Notes: generated by a model from the sequence alone, not told the origin. DNA of 50,718 bases from Limisphaerales bacterium (GCA_044225505.1 JBGAIN010000041.1:1-50718); one strand, 5' to 3'. Positions 29,386 to 39,045 are shown, counted from the stretch's first letter. Numbers and translations: made by a program.

Positions 29386-31101
29386 ATGAGCGGCGTGCGG
29401 CTGGAACAGAGCATTGAAAAAACGGTTCCGCATGGGGCCTGCCCACGGGCGGCCTGGCGAATTCGTCGCGGCTGGTTGTTCAGCGAGGGGTGTTTGGGGT
29501 CGCGTTGGATGGTGCTGGCGTTCGTCTTGAGCTTGGCCCTCGGCGTCGTGGCGGAGGTTCGAGAGGGGGACGAACTCTTCACGACGGACGACGTCATTGC
29601 CATTCAAATCGAGGTTCCAGCGAAAGGGCTGAAGCAGTTGCAAAGCCGGGGATGGACATGGGGGGGCACCGGACGCGAGCGGCCCGAGGTGGAGGTGACA
29701 GTGCGCGACAAGTCAGGGGTCTACACGAATGTGGCGATGCATTTGAAGGGCGCGGCTGGCAGCTTCCAACCGGTTGACTCTAAGCCTGGCCTGACCTTGA
29801 ACTTCGATAAGTTCATCAAAGGCCAGCGGTTTCACGGGCTGCAGAAGATTTCGCTGAACAACTCTGTGCAGGATCCGAGTTACCTGACCGAGAAGATCTG
29901 TCGGGAATTGTTCACGGCCGCTGGTGTGCCCGCCCCTCGAGCGGATTACGCGACGGTGGAGTTGAACGGTCGGAAGCTGGGCCTCTACGTTTTACTGGAG
30001 GGGTACAACCGGCAGTTCTTGAAGCGGCATTTCAAGAGCGGCAAGGGTCGGCTCTATGATGGAGGGTTTCTCCGTGATGTGGATTCGCCAGCCGCGCAAG
30101 CGCCCGATGCGGTATCTGAGGATCGCTCGACGCTACGCCCGCTGGTGGATGCCGCCAATGATCCCGAAACCACGTCTCGATTCTCGCGTCTGGCGGAGTT
30201 CGTGGATATGGACCGGTTCATTTCGTTTCTGGCCATGGAGACCCTCGTTTGTCACTGGGACGGATATTCCATGAACAAGAATAATTACCGGGTCTACCAT
30301 GATCTGGAGACCGATCGGGTGGTCTTTATGCCGCATGGAATGGACCAGATGTTTGGCGTCATGATGGTCCCTCCAGCGCTGAGCGTCCTGCCGCCGCTGC
30401 AAGGGTTGGTGGCGAAAGCAGTGCGGGAAACGTCCGAGGGCCGCCGGCGTTATTTCCAGCGCCTCCGCCAACTCAATGCATCGATCTTCGATGTCGAGCG
30501 GATTACCAATCGCATCCAGCAATGTGTGGGGCGCGTTCAACCGATCCTGACGCAGTTGGACCCGAGCATGGCTTCTCAGCATCGGGTCGCAGTGGACGAC
30601 TTGTGCGAGCGGATCGCCATTCGCAAGCAAAGCTTGGATGAACAATTGGCCGGTGGGCAGGGAATCGTGCCCGAGTTCGACAGCGCGGGCGTTGCTAAAG
30701 TTTCCGGTTGGGCCGCGAAGACGAATGCGGGGATTCCCGTGGTGCAACAATCGCGGAGCTCGGAAGGCTCTACTGTCTTGCAACTCGCGGCGGGGAGTTC
30801 TCCGACGATCGCATCCTGGCGAGTGAAGGTTTTGCTCGAATCTGGCCATTACAGCTTCGCAGGTCGAATGCGCACCCAGGGAGTCTCTTCCGATCCGCGG
30901 GACAAACGCGCTGGGGCCGGCTTGCGGGTTGACAAAAAGCCAGCTTGGGACAAAACGCTTGGCGATACGGACTGGAAAGAAGTGAGCTACGAGTTCGACG
31001 TGGCCGATGGGCTTTTTGATATTGAGTTAGTCTGCGAACTGCGCGCTTCCCAGGGCCAAGTCTGGTTCGATGCGGATTCCCTCCGCTTGATTCGCCAGTG
31101 A
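29386..31101 (+). CDS. CotH kinase family protein with C-terminal beta-sandwich (carbohydrate-binding-like) domain
   Basis: LKGAAGSF, KP.LTLNFDK, LNNSVQDPSYL.E, LGLYVLLE, HWDGY..NKNNYRVY, F.PHGMDQ. Start uncertain (29275, 29386 or 29509). Confidence 0.88.
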   Translation: MSGVRLEQSIEKTVPHGACPRAAWRIRRGWLFSEGCLGSRWMVLAFVLSLALGVVAEVREGDELFTTDDVIAIQIEVPAKGLKQLQSRGWTWGGTGRERPEVEVTVRDKSGVYTNVAMHLKGAAGSFQPVDSKPGLTLNFDKFIKGQRFHGLQKISLNNSVQDPSYLTEKICRELFTAAGVPAPRADYATVELNGRKLGLYVLLEGYNRQFLKRHFKSGKGRLYDGGFLRDVDSPAAQAPDAVSEDRSTLRPLVDAANDPETTSRFSRLAEFVDMDRFISFLAMETLVCHWDGYSMNKNNYRVYHDLETDRVVFMPHGMDQMFGVMMVPPALSVLPPLQGLVAKAVRETSEGRRRYFQRLRQLNASIFDVERITNRIQQCVGRVQPILTQLDPSMASQHRVAVDDLCERIAIRKQSLDEQLAGGQGIVPEFDSAGVAKVSGWAAKTNAGIPVVQQSRSSEGSTVLQLAAGSSPTIASWRVKVLLESGHYSFAGRMRTQGVSSDPRDKRAGAGLRVDKKPAWDKTLGDTDWKEVSYEFDVADGLFDIELVCELRASQGQVWFDADSLRLIRQ

Positions 31102-31116
31102 TCTGGTATTCGCCTT

Positions 31117-31168
31117 CCTCGTAATCGTAATCGTAATCGTAATCGTAATCCTCTTCGTATTCGTAACC
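31117..31168 (-). repeat. Short hexamer repeat (GTAATC)5 plus degenerate units; reverse complement of the 31709-32003 array
   Basis: CCTC(GTAATC)5CTCTTC GTATTC GTAACC. Confidence 0.9.
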
Positions 31169-31254
31169 TCCCTTTATCGTCCTTCACGCTTGTGTGCCGC
31201 CGCGGCTCTCGTCGCTTCTGAGGGTTTTGACGGATTCACAAAAGCGGTGCCCAA

Positions 31255-31659
31255 TTAACCGTCAAATTCGACGGGTTGCTTCCCGATTCCCTCATGCATC
31301 CTGTATCCAGAGTTCGCCCGGATTAAACCAACCAACATCGAGACGATTCTAAAAAGTCGCTCTTTTCCAGGTTCGAGGTTTTCAGCGCTCCAGCGTCCTT
31401 TGGCGGCCAACACGTCCAGGGCCGCTGCACACTCCAGCGCGGAGCCACGAGCTATGTCGAAGAAACGGCATCGATCTGCCTCAGTGAATTTACCGTTGCC
31501 CTCAGCGATATTGAGAGGGATAGAAGTGCTGGCACGGTCCAGTTGATCGGCGACCGAAAGTGACCTCGGCAAGGCCTGCAAGAATGGTTCAATCCAGCGA
31601 AGATGCTCGATTGCCGCTTGATATACCTCCAGCTTTTCGTGATCAAAGCGTCGGTTCAC
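31255..31659 (-). CDS. Four helix bundle protein (23S rRNA intervening-sequence protein / TIGR02436-like family)
   Basis: FDHEKLEVYQ, DQLDRASTSIPLNIAEGNG, RFFDIARGSALECAAALD, IVSMLVGLI; GTG start. Confidence 0.92.
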   Translation of the reverse strand: MNRRFDHEKLEVYQAAIEHLRWIEPFLQALPRSLSVADQLDRASTSIPLNIAEGNGKFTEADRCRFFDIARGSALECAAALDVLAAKGRWSAENLEPGKERLFRIVSMLVGLIRANSGYRMHEGIGKQPVEFDG

Positions 31660-31708
31660 GCGGAGAATTATGCGGCGTCAGGAAAGGGAAAAGAAGGAGG
31701 AAGAAGCG

Positions 31709-32003
31709 GACGATTACGAAGAGGATTACGATTACGAGGAGGATTTCGATTAGGAGGAGGATTTCGATTAGGAGGAGGATTTCGATTAGGAGGAGGATTT
31801 CGATTAGGAGGAGGATTTCGATTAGGAGGAGGATTACGATTACGAGGAGGATTACGATTACGAGGAGGATTACGATTACGAGGAGGATTACGATTACGAG
31901 GAGGATTACGATTACGAGGAGGATTACGATTACGAGGAGGATTACGATTACTGAGGATTACGATTACGAGGAGGATTACGATTAGGAGGAGGATTACGAT
32001 TAT
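31709..32003 (+). repeat. Tandem array of ~16 x 18-bp units (GAGGAGGATTWCGATTAS)
   Basis: 1 x GAAGAGGATTACGATTAC, 5 x GAGGAGGATTTCGATTAG, 7 x GAGGAGGATTACGATTAC, one 16-bp unit and two terminal variants. No spacers. Confidence 0.97.
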
Positions 32004-32091
32004 GAACAGGGCTGAGAGCTAGATTGGGAGGTGACAGCGGTTTACTTCCAGATTGGACACCAGGAACGGTTCCGCTAGGTTGTGCGGAGGT

Positions 32092-32676
32092 ATGGTCCTG
32101 GTCATCGATAACTACGATTCGTTCACCTACAACCTGGTGCAGTACCTGGGCGAGCTGAAGGCTGACGTCCATGTCCATCGCAATGACCAGATCTCACTGG
32201 AACAGATTCGGGATCTGCGCCCGGAACGGATCCTGGTCTCGCCCGGACCATGCTCGCCGCGCGAGTCGGGATTGTGCAACGAGATCATCCGGACCTTCGG
32301 CCAAACAACGCCAGTGTTTGGCGTTTGCCTGGGGCACCAGTGCATTGGACATACGTTTGGGGCGGATGTGGTCGTGAACTATCGCATGATGCACGGCAAA
32401 ACTTCCCTGATTAAGCATAATGGCCAGGACTTGTTTGAAGGGATGCCCAACCCGTTCATGGCCACCCGTTACCATTCCCTGGTGATAAAGCGGGATACGG
32501 TTCCAGACATCCTGGAAATTACGGCGGAAACGGACGAAGGGGAGATCATGAGAGTCAAGCACAAGCATCTACCTATTTGGGGAGTCCAATTTCATCCGGA
32601 AAGCATTTTGACGGAGAATGGACGGCAGATCCTCCAAAACTTCCTTCGTTTACGCGCATGTCAGCCCGCCGCTTAA
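32092..32676 (+). CDS. trpG: Anthranilate/aminodeoxychorismate synthase component II (glutamine amidotransferase)
   Basis: IDNYDSFTYNLVQY, SPGPCSP, GVCLGHQ, RYHSL, GVQFHPES; GGAGG RBS. Could equally be pabA. Confidence 0.93.
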   Translation: MVLVIDNYDSFTYNLVQYLGELKADVHVHRNDQISLEQIRDLRPERILVSPGPCSPRESGLCNEIIRTFGQTTPVFGVCLGHQCIGHTFGADVVVNYRMMHGKTSLIKHNGQDLFEGMPNPFMATRYHSLVIKRDTVPDILEITAETDEGEIMRVKHKHLPIWGVQFHPESILTENGRQILQNFLRLRACQPAA

Positions 32677-33507
32677 CCTTAGGGCATTCGCCCGATCCCG
32701 ATGACGCGTTCATGTTCTATGCGCTGGCGAAGGACTTGATCCCTGCGCATGGGTTTCAGTTCGAGCACATTTTGCAGGATATTCAGACGCTCAACGAGCG
32801 AGCCACCCGTGGCGAATTGGACATCTCCGCAATCAGCATTCATGCCTACGCTTATGGAGGACACCTACGCTCTCCTCCCCGCCGGCGCGAGCATGGGAGA
32901 CGGCTACGGACCGATGCTCGTGGCGAAGCGCCGGATGGGCCTGAGCGAGCTCCGCCAGAAACGCATCGCGGTGCCCGGCAAAATGACCAGCGCATTCCTC
33001 GCGCTGCTGCTTTGACTGGAGACGCCGGCGTCTCAGTTGGATCTCATTGTGGTGCCGTTTGATCAGATTTTTGAGGCAGTCCGAACCGGGCGAGCGGATG
33101 TCGGCCTTATCATCCATGAAGGCCAGTTAACCTATCGCGACCAGGGCTTGGACCTGTGTCAGGACTTGGGAATTTGGTGGGGGGAAACCAATGACGGCCT
33201 GCCTTTGCCTTTGGGCGGCAACGTTATCCATAAGCGCATCCTGGCTCCCGCTCGTCGCCAGATCTCCGATGTGTTGTCCGCGAGCATCCAGTACAGCTTG
33301 GATCATCGTCCTGAGGCCGTCGCCCACGCGCTGCAGTACGCCCGGGATATGGGTAAAGAGTTGGCGGACAAGTTCGTGGGCATGTACGTCAATCATTGGA
33401 CTCTCGATTATGGCGAGAAAGGCCGAGAATCGATCCGCCGTTTTCTGTCGCAGGCGTTCGATCAAGGCCTGATTCCTAAGCGGCCGGAATTAGAATTTGT
33501 CGCGTAG
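32658..33507 (+). pseudogene. mqnD: 1,4-dihydroxy-6-naphthoate synthase (MqnD; MqnA/MqnD family), interrupted by one frameshift and one in-frame TGA; may be sequencing error
   Basis: [25 protein letters not shown]; frameshift at ~32853; [25 protein letters not shown] at 33013-33015; GLIIHEGQLTY, LPLPLGGN, FVGMYVN. Confidence 0.85.
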
Positions 33508-33846
33508 TCGGCCTGCGAATTGAAACGATGAGAGCAAAATGCTCTCGAAGCCGGGCGCGCGCCGTTTTCGGCATGGGGCGCGGCTGTATTCGAAGGATCC
33601 GCCGCAGAATGGCTGCAGTCGTAACGTTTATCTGGCGGCAACTTCAATTCGGCAAAGCGTCCTTGGTGACAACTATCAGTCACCTGCTGCTACCTGCTGC
33701 TGAATTGCAACGGTTTCAAGCGTCGGTTGATGCCGCACGATTTGTTGCATACTCTGTCCGCAATTTGTTGACACGGCGAAAGGTTGTTATCCGTTAGCGA
33801 CTTACGTATCCCGATATGCCAGCACCTCTAACGCTTCGGCGCGACG

Positions 33847-34966
33847 TCAGCGCTGGGACTTACCGACGGGCTGGGGTGAGCGGATAATCTCTGTGTTCGG
33901 CGAATGGCTCACCCATTCATACCATTCGGTCACATAACTGCGTGCGCTCGGCAGGTTGGTTTGACCGCCTCCGTTGGCTGTGGCAACGCCAAAGGCATTC
34001 CATTCCACTCCGTCGGGGGTGCGGAAAGATAGGGGGGTGGTCGAACTTAAAGATATCCCGGTCCGATACGAGGTTTGGCTCAGGTCGAATGCCGTCATGG
34101 CCAGCTCGCCGTCGCGAAGAATTAATACGGGCTTCTCACCCAGGGAAACGAGGAAGAGGTTAGTAAGGCACTAACTGTGTGGCTGGGATGGCATAGGATT
34201 TGTCAAGGATCGCATCGCGAATTCCCAGCACCAACTCGTGGGTCTCCAAACGGTGATCCGTGAGGTTCGCGGTGGCCGCGAAGAGCGGGGGCAAGTCCGG
34301 ATCGCCGATGTGGCCACCCGCTTCAGCGCCATGGGGGCGTTCCCGAAGTTGTGCACTTCCGTTAACGACGAAGCCTTTGCGATAACGTTGTTTCCACTCT
34401 CGCCACGTCATGACAAGCAGTGGAAATGTCTCTAACGTTGTCGCTTGTAACGGACCTTCAAAGGCCAAGCCAAGAAACGGACGCCACTTGGAATGGGTTT
34501 GGTGATCCATGATCTCAATGGTGCCTAAACTCACCCCACAGATCTGGAACGACAGCGGAATTCTCGGCAACTCCGGCACAACCGGCCGGAAGGCGGACGC
34601 GCCGCCGCAGACTTCACAGAGCGTTATAAGCAATGGAGTTTCACCCACCGTATCGTTGATGACGTGGTAGTTGCTCGTGATCCACCAGGGATAAGCGCGC
34701 GCTTCCCCTTCTACGAGAACGCCCAGGACGAGGTCGGCGTCGCGCATGAATGTTGCGTCGGTGACCGGCACGATGTCCGTTGTTCCCGAGGGTAGTGTAG
34801 ACCGACGTACGGCCATGAAATTGCTGGTCACGGCGCGCTCTTTCCAATCCGGGCCAGGATCTGGTAAGGGTGCCGATTCGAATTTAGCTGCGAAGAGAAA
34901 GCAGAGCCCGGCGCCGATGAGGACGCCGACGCCAACACCAAGAGTCGCTACGAGAGCTGGTTTCAT
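33847..34966 (-). CDS. DUF3179 domain protein, frameshifted at ~34160
   Basis: VLGVLVEGEARAYP, HVINDTVG, CEVCG, DHQTHSKW...GPL, TWREWKQRY. After the shift it continues NLFLVSLGEKPVLILRDGELAMTAF...EWYEWVSHSPNTEI. Confidence 0.78.
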
Positions 34967-35053
34967 GAGCAGACGGTTTCGACTGTTGGAGAAGTTTATC
35001 CGCGACGAACGACGGAACCAACGCGAATCGACGCCTTTCCGGGGTGACCGTCT

Positions 35054-35257
35054 GCGCGGCAGCGTCGAGAAGTGCGGCAGACCTCTGCCGCGCTGTGGGG
35101 GGCGGACGCGGAGGGCGTGTGGCAGACCTCGGTGGGGTCGAGCGATTTCGGCGCGAAAAAGCTGGAGAGGGCTCCAGCACTCCAAGACCTGGCGGAGCGC
35201 GGAGGCGTGCTTTGTTGCGCGGCAGCGTCTTGGAGTGCGGCAGACCTCTGCCGCTAT
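35054..35257. repeat. REP/BIME-like cluster (GGAGTGCGGCAG...CTGCCGC family), three palindromic units in alternating orientation
   Basis: GCAGCGTCGAGAAGTGCGGCAGACCTCTGCCGC; AAAGCTGGAGAGGGCTCCAGCACTCCAAGACCTGGCG; GCAGCGTCTTGGAGTGCGGCAGACCTCTGCCGCT. Confidence 0.8.
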
Positions 35258-35589
35258 AGCCCTCGAACCGCGAGCGTGGGCCGCGTTCACTCGCGGTGTG
35301 CGTCAGGCGATCTCGCGAAAACCGTGAAGAACAACTGCGATCGAAAAACCTTGCGGAGCGCAGTGCCTTAGCGCTCTAGCGGCTGTGTCAGTTCGTGGAA
35401 TCTCGAGGGTTGGGTAACGGTGCTGCGTCCGGCGATCACGCTCGTCCATTTTGGATCACAAAACCTCCACTTGGACAAAGATCTAGTCCCTCCTGTGCCT
35501 TCAAAAACACAGTTGACCCTAAGGACTTGAATGGGTAAGGATCGCTGGAAATCACCGTCAATCCGTAACAATCGAAAGATTGGGATCTT

Positions 35590-36461
35590 ATGACAACTTG
35601 CCGTAGCCGTTCCCCTCGGCGCTCTGCTGGGTTACCCTGATCGAATTGCTCGTTGTGATCGCCATTATCGCGATCCTGGCGGGAATGCTTTTGCCGGCGT
35701 TAGCCAAGGCGAAGACGAAAGCTCAAGGCATCAAATGCATGAGCAACAACAAACAGTTGGGCTTGGCCTGGCATTTGTATGCCGGCGATTTTGATGACAA
35801 ATGCATCAACAATTTTACAATCCCTGGCACTCAGCGAGCGATTCAGAACAAGACGTTCGATAACTGGGTCAACAACATCATCACTTCGGGCGCAGGATCG
35901 AGCATCGAAGATATCAGCAATACCAATGTGCTCTGGGTGAAGAATGGAATTCTGGCGCCATACTCCACTGCCGCTTTGGATATCTACCAATGCCCGCCGA
36001 CATGTATTTGAGTAAAGCGCAAAAGGCCAAAGGATGGAGCCGTCGGATTCGCAGCAATTCCATGAACGCGCTGTTCGGGCTCTCGCAACCCGATCCAACC
36101 TCCTCGCACCGATCGGGCCATGCCTGGTACGATCCGGCTTATCGCCAATATTTGAAGCTGAGCGATGTGCAAACGGCCAGCATGACGTGGCTGACGCTGG
36201 ACGAACATCCGGACTCAATCAACGACTCCTTCTTTATCGTCGGAATTGGTGCCACCCAGTGGGGCGATCTTCCGGCTTCTTATCACAATGGCGCTTGCGG
36301 CTTCAGCTTCGCCGATGGCCATGCCGAAGTGCACAAGTGGCTGAGCCCAACTTCAAAGTATCCGGTGAAGTTCGCCTTTAGCGTTCGTCCGTTTGATGCT
36401 GCAGAGCAAACTCGATTTTCAGTGGTATAAAGAGCGCACGGGATATTTGCTCTATCGCTAA
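35590..36461 (+). CDS. Prepilin-type N-terminal cleavage/methylation, H-X9-DG protein, with three apparent frameshifts (~35632, ~35995, ~36405)
   Basis: Joined frames give G[F][31 protein letters not shown][A][44 protein letters not shown]. Paralog of 6984-7865. Confidence 0.8.
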
Positions 36462-36472
36462 GTCCGAGCCGC

Positions 36473-38785
36473 TCAATGCGGCTGGCTTACCGAGTGGTAT
36501 TGATCGATGGCCGGATGGTGGATCGTGGTGATCTCGCCATCCGGCCATCGAATTTCTGCCGCTTCGACTGCTTGGGCTGAGCCTAGCCCAAAATGCGGCG
36601 TGCTTGGGACTGAGTGCAAAGAATCTCCTGTGACGATGGCGCGCACGGTTTCGTGTCCCGTCCAGCGCACGCGCACCGTCGTTCCAATCACCGGGCGTCC
36701 TGGAGCGTTGCGAAAGCGGAAACCGATCCAGCGACCCGTGTCCGTGAGCGCGTTGCGGTAGATTCGAAGGCCGTGTTTAAGTTCGGGCGATTGTTGCACC
36801 GTCGTAAAAATCAGATCCGGTCGACCATCCGCATCAAGATCCGCCGCGACCGCACACCGCGAATCGTCTTCAGCCGCCACGCCGAAGAGGTGGCCTACTT
36901 CCGCAAACGAGGCACCGGTTTGATTCCAGTAGAGGCGGTTTTTGTCCCAGCCTCCATACGACCAGCCAGCGCCTCGAGTGCGCCCGAACTTTCCCATGAA
37001 GTAAGTCGTCGCGCTCACATCGTCAACGGAACGTTCGATGAAGATATCGTGCAGCCAAAACTCGGGTTCGTACTCGCGGACGGTCTGGCGGGAGTCATGT
37101 CCGTTCGTAATATAAATGTCGGGGAAGCTATCGTTGTCAAAATCCGCGGCGGCGCAACCCCATGACCACCCCGAGCGAGCGACTGTTTCTCCCATCGGCG
37201 TCTGCGCAAAGCCACCGTCTGTACGGCTGAGGAAGAGGCGATTCCCAAAAGCCATGTGCCGTCGTATCGCTGGGTCCGATCCGGCGAGCGGACGTTCCAA
37301 GTGAAGATGTTCGAGCCGATCAACGGTCGGTGAGGTCATGCCTAAATCGAGCAGGTCCAACCGGCCATCCTGGTTGAAATCAGCGACCGTCTGGCCCATG
37401 CCAAACCCGTGGGATTCCGGGAGCCAGTCATGGGTTGCGTCGACGAAGTGCCCGGCGCCATCGTTGCGATAAACGTCAGCGCCGGCAAAGTCGCTGGAAA
37501 CAAAAAGGTCCAACGCCCCATCGCGGTTCAAATCGACAAACGATGCGCTAAAGACTCGGCGACGACGTTTCGCGTCAAGTCCAGCGGCGGTTGTGGCGTC
37601 GGCGAATCGGCCGTGTCCGTCATTTAGCAGGAGGTGGGCTGGGTGCCCGTCGTTGGCATCGTAATAATTCGGAGCGAGCACTTGACCAAGGGTAGGAACA
37701 CGATATTGGCCCAGGAACAGGTCGAGGTCCCCATCGCGATCGATATCGCCGCAGGTCAGAGCCATTGGATTCACGAGCGGGAGTGCGGAGGCCCAGACCA
37801 TCACTCCCGGTTGATCAAAAGTACCGCGTTCAGACCCGCGATAGAGCACGAGCCCTTGGGGAATGGCGCAGAGGAGATCCACGAATCCATCGCTGTCCAG
37901 GTCGGCCAACAGCCCGCTGAAGATGATTTCTTTGAAGTGGGAACAGAGCACTTCGGAGCGGTAGCTTCCGTCGGTTTGTCGGCGATAGACGCGGTTCTTG
38001 GCCAGCAGAATGATTTCAGGAAATCCGTCGCCGTCCAAGTCGTAGACGAGGAGCGGGTCTATCCACGTCACGCCCTCAGCGGAGGGCATCGATTCGCTCA
38101 GAATCTGTTGAAAGGGTGGGGGACCTGCGCGGGTTTTAACCGTCAATCCGCTCGCATCGATACGTCGCACCATCGGGGGCTGGCCAGTTCGCACAGCCGA
38201 TTCACTCCAATCGACGACCAGATCACCGTCGAGGATGGCGCGCTCCAGCTGCAACGCGTTCGTCAGGTGCGCAGCGAAGTAGAATCGGCTCTGGGCCGGA
38301 TTCCCCTCTGCCGCGGGCGTGAATTGGTTGTGACGAAATTCGCACTGCTGCAGTCGCCAGCCGGCGTCGTGCCATTGAGTGACATAGCGTGTCCAATCGG
38401 CCCCGGAAAGGCTTGGCCCAGCACCCGTTGACGCGCGGACTTCCACGCCGTGCGGTAAGGATTGAGAGTGGTTCCATTGGCCGAGATCGACGCGCTGAAC
38501 GGGAAAGGCGGCGGCCACGGCCAGACGATTCGTGGCGGCGTTTAGGGCATCCCACCCATCTTCAAAAACTCGGCCATACTGTTGGGCGAGCATTTCCTTG
38601 GCCCAGATTGTGGTGTCTATCTGGCGTTCGCGGGCTTCCAGGGATGTTTTGGACATTGGGCCTGCTGTGGGCTGAGAAAGCGACGAACTCGGAGAGGTGT
38701 CGCCATCTTGCCGATGACAACCACTCCCTAGCAACGCCATCCCAAAGCAGAGGCTGAGGAATCGATTCGTCCAGAGCAGGGACAC
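36473..38785 (-). CDS. CRTAC1-like FG-GAP repeat / ASPIC-UnbV domain lipoprotein
   Basis: Lipobox-like GSGC; repeated D.D.DG..D motifs; GWSWG..AADFDND; C-terminal HFGLG...IRWPDG. Confidence 0.9.
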   Translation of the reverse strand: MSLLWTNRFLSLCFGMALLGSGCHRQDGDTSPSSSLSQPTAGPMSKTSLEARERQIDTTIWAKEMLAQQYGRVFEDGWDALNAATNRLAVAAAFPVQRVDLGQWNHSQSLPHGVEVRASTGAGPSLSGADWTRYVTQWHDAGWRLQQCEFRHNQFTPAAEGNPAQSRFYFAAHLTNALQLERAILDGDLVVDWSESAVRTGQPPMVRRIDASGLTVKTRAGPPPFQQILSESMPSAEGVTWIDPLLVYDLDGDGFPEIILLAKNRVYRRQTDGSYRSEVLCSHFKEIIFSGLLADLDSDGFVDLLCAIPQGLVLYRGSERGTFDQPGVMVWASALPLVNPMALTCGDIDRDGDLDLFLGQYRVPTLGQVLAPNYYDANDGHPAHLLLNDGHGRFADATTAAGLDAKRRRRVFSASFVDLNRDGALDLFVSSDFAGADVYRNDGAGHFVDATHDWLPESHGFGMGQTVADFNQDGRLDLLDLGMTSPTVDRLEHLHLERPLAGSDPAIRRHMAFGNRLFLSRTDGGFAQTPMGETVARSGWSWGCAAADFDNDSFPDIYITNGHDSRQTVREYEPEFWLHDIFIERSVDDVSATTYFMGKFGRTRGAGWSYGGWDKNRLYWNQTGASFAEVGHLFGVAAEDDSRCAVAADLDADGRPDLIFTTVQQSPELKHGLRIYRNALTDTGRWIGFRFRNAPGRPVIGTTVRVRWTGHETVRAIVTGDSLHSVPSTPHFGLGSAQAVEAAEIRWPDGEITTIHHPAIDQYHSVSQPH

Positions 38786-38946
38786 GGTTCGAGAATGTTA
38801 CGCGGAAACGCCGCCGGATGCAGCAACTCTCCCGCGGGCGCCATCGCCACGTGCAGCGATCGAAGCGTGCAGTTTGTTTTTCAGGAAGCTGCGAAAAGGG
38901 GACTGCACCTTGGACAACGTCGTGAAATTCAACCTTTTCGTGGGTG

Positions 38947-39045
38947 AAAGCGCCAGAGGGTTGGCGCAGTCCAAGACGCTGCCGCGCAATCACTAAGCTC
39001 CTAAGTTCCGCCAGGTTTTGGAGTGCGGCGGCCCTCCGTCGCTTT
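38947..39045. repeat. REP-like inverted pair, same family as 35054-35257
   Basis: AAAGCGCCAGAGGGTTGGCGCAGTCCAAGACGCTGCCGCG ... CCGCCAGGTTTTGGAGTGCGGCGGCCCTCCGTCGCTTT. Confidence 0.8.

Noticed and set aside
31255..31659. Diversity-generating retroelement (Avd-like gene)
   Set aside because: No reverse transcriptase and no TR/VR pair with adenine-specific mismatches was seen.
31709..32003. CRISPR array
   Set aside because: Units are contiguous 18-mers with no unique spacers, and there are no cas genes in the window.
31560..32022. ORFs encoding (RRITIT)n or (GGLRLR)n repeat proteins
   Set aside because: They are by-products of the stop-free repeat, overlap the four-helix gene antisense and lack credible starts.
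33013..33015. TGA recoding (Trp or Sec) in mqnD
   Set aside because: TGA is the normal stop of many genes here (e.g. tkt, greA, accD), and the same gene also has a frameshift, so error or decay is more likely.
33528..33797. 89-aa ORF downstream of mqnD
   Set aside because: No motifs or RBS and atypical composition; cannot be supported.
34967..35290. N-terminal extension of the DUF3179 ORF
   Set aside because: It is translated REP sequence (RQVLECWSPLQL); the real start is more likely MKPALV at 34966.
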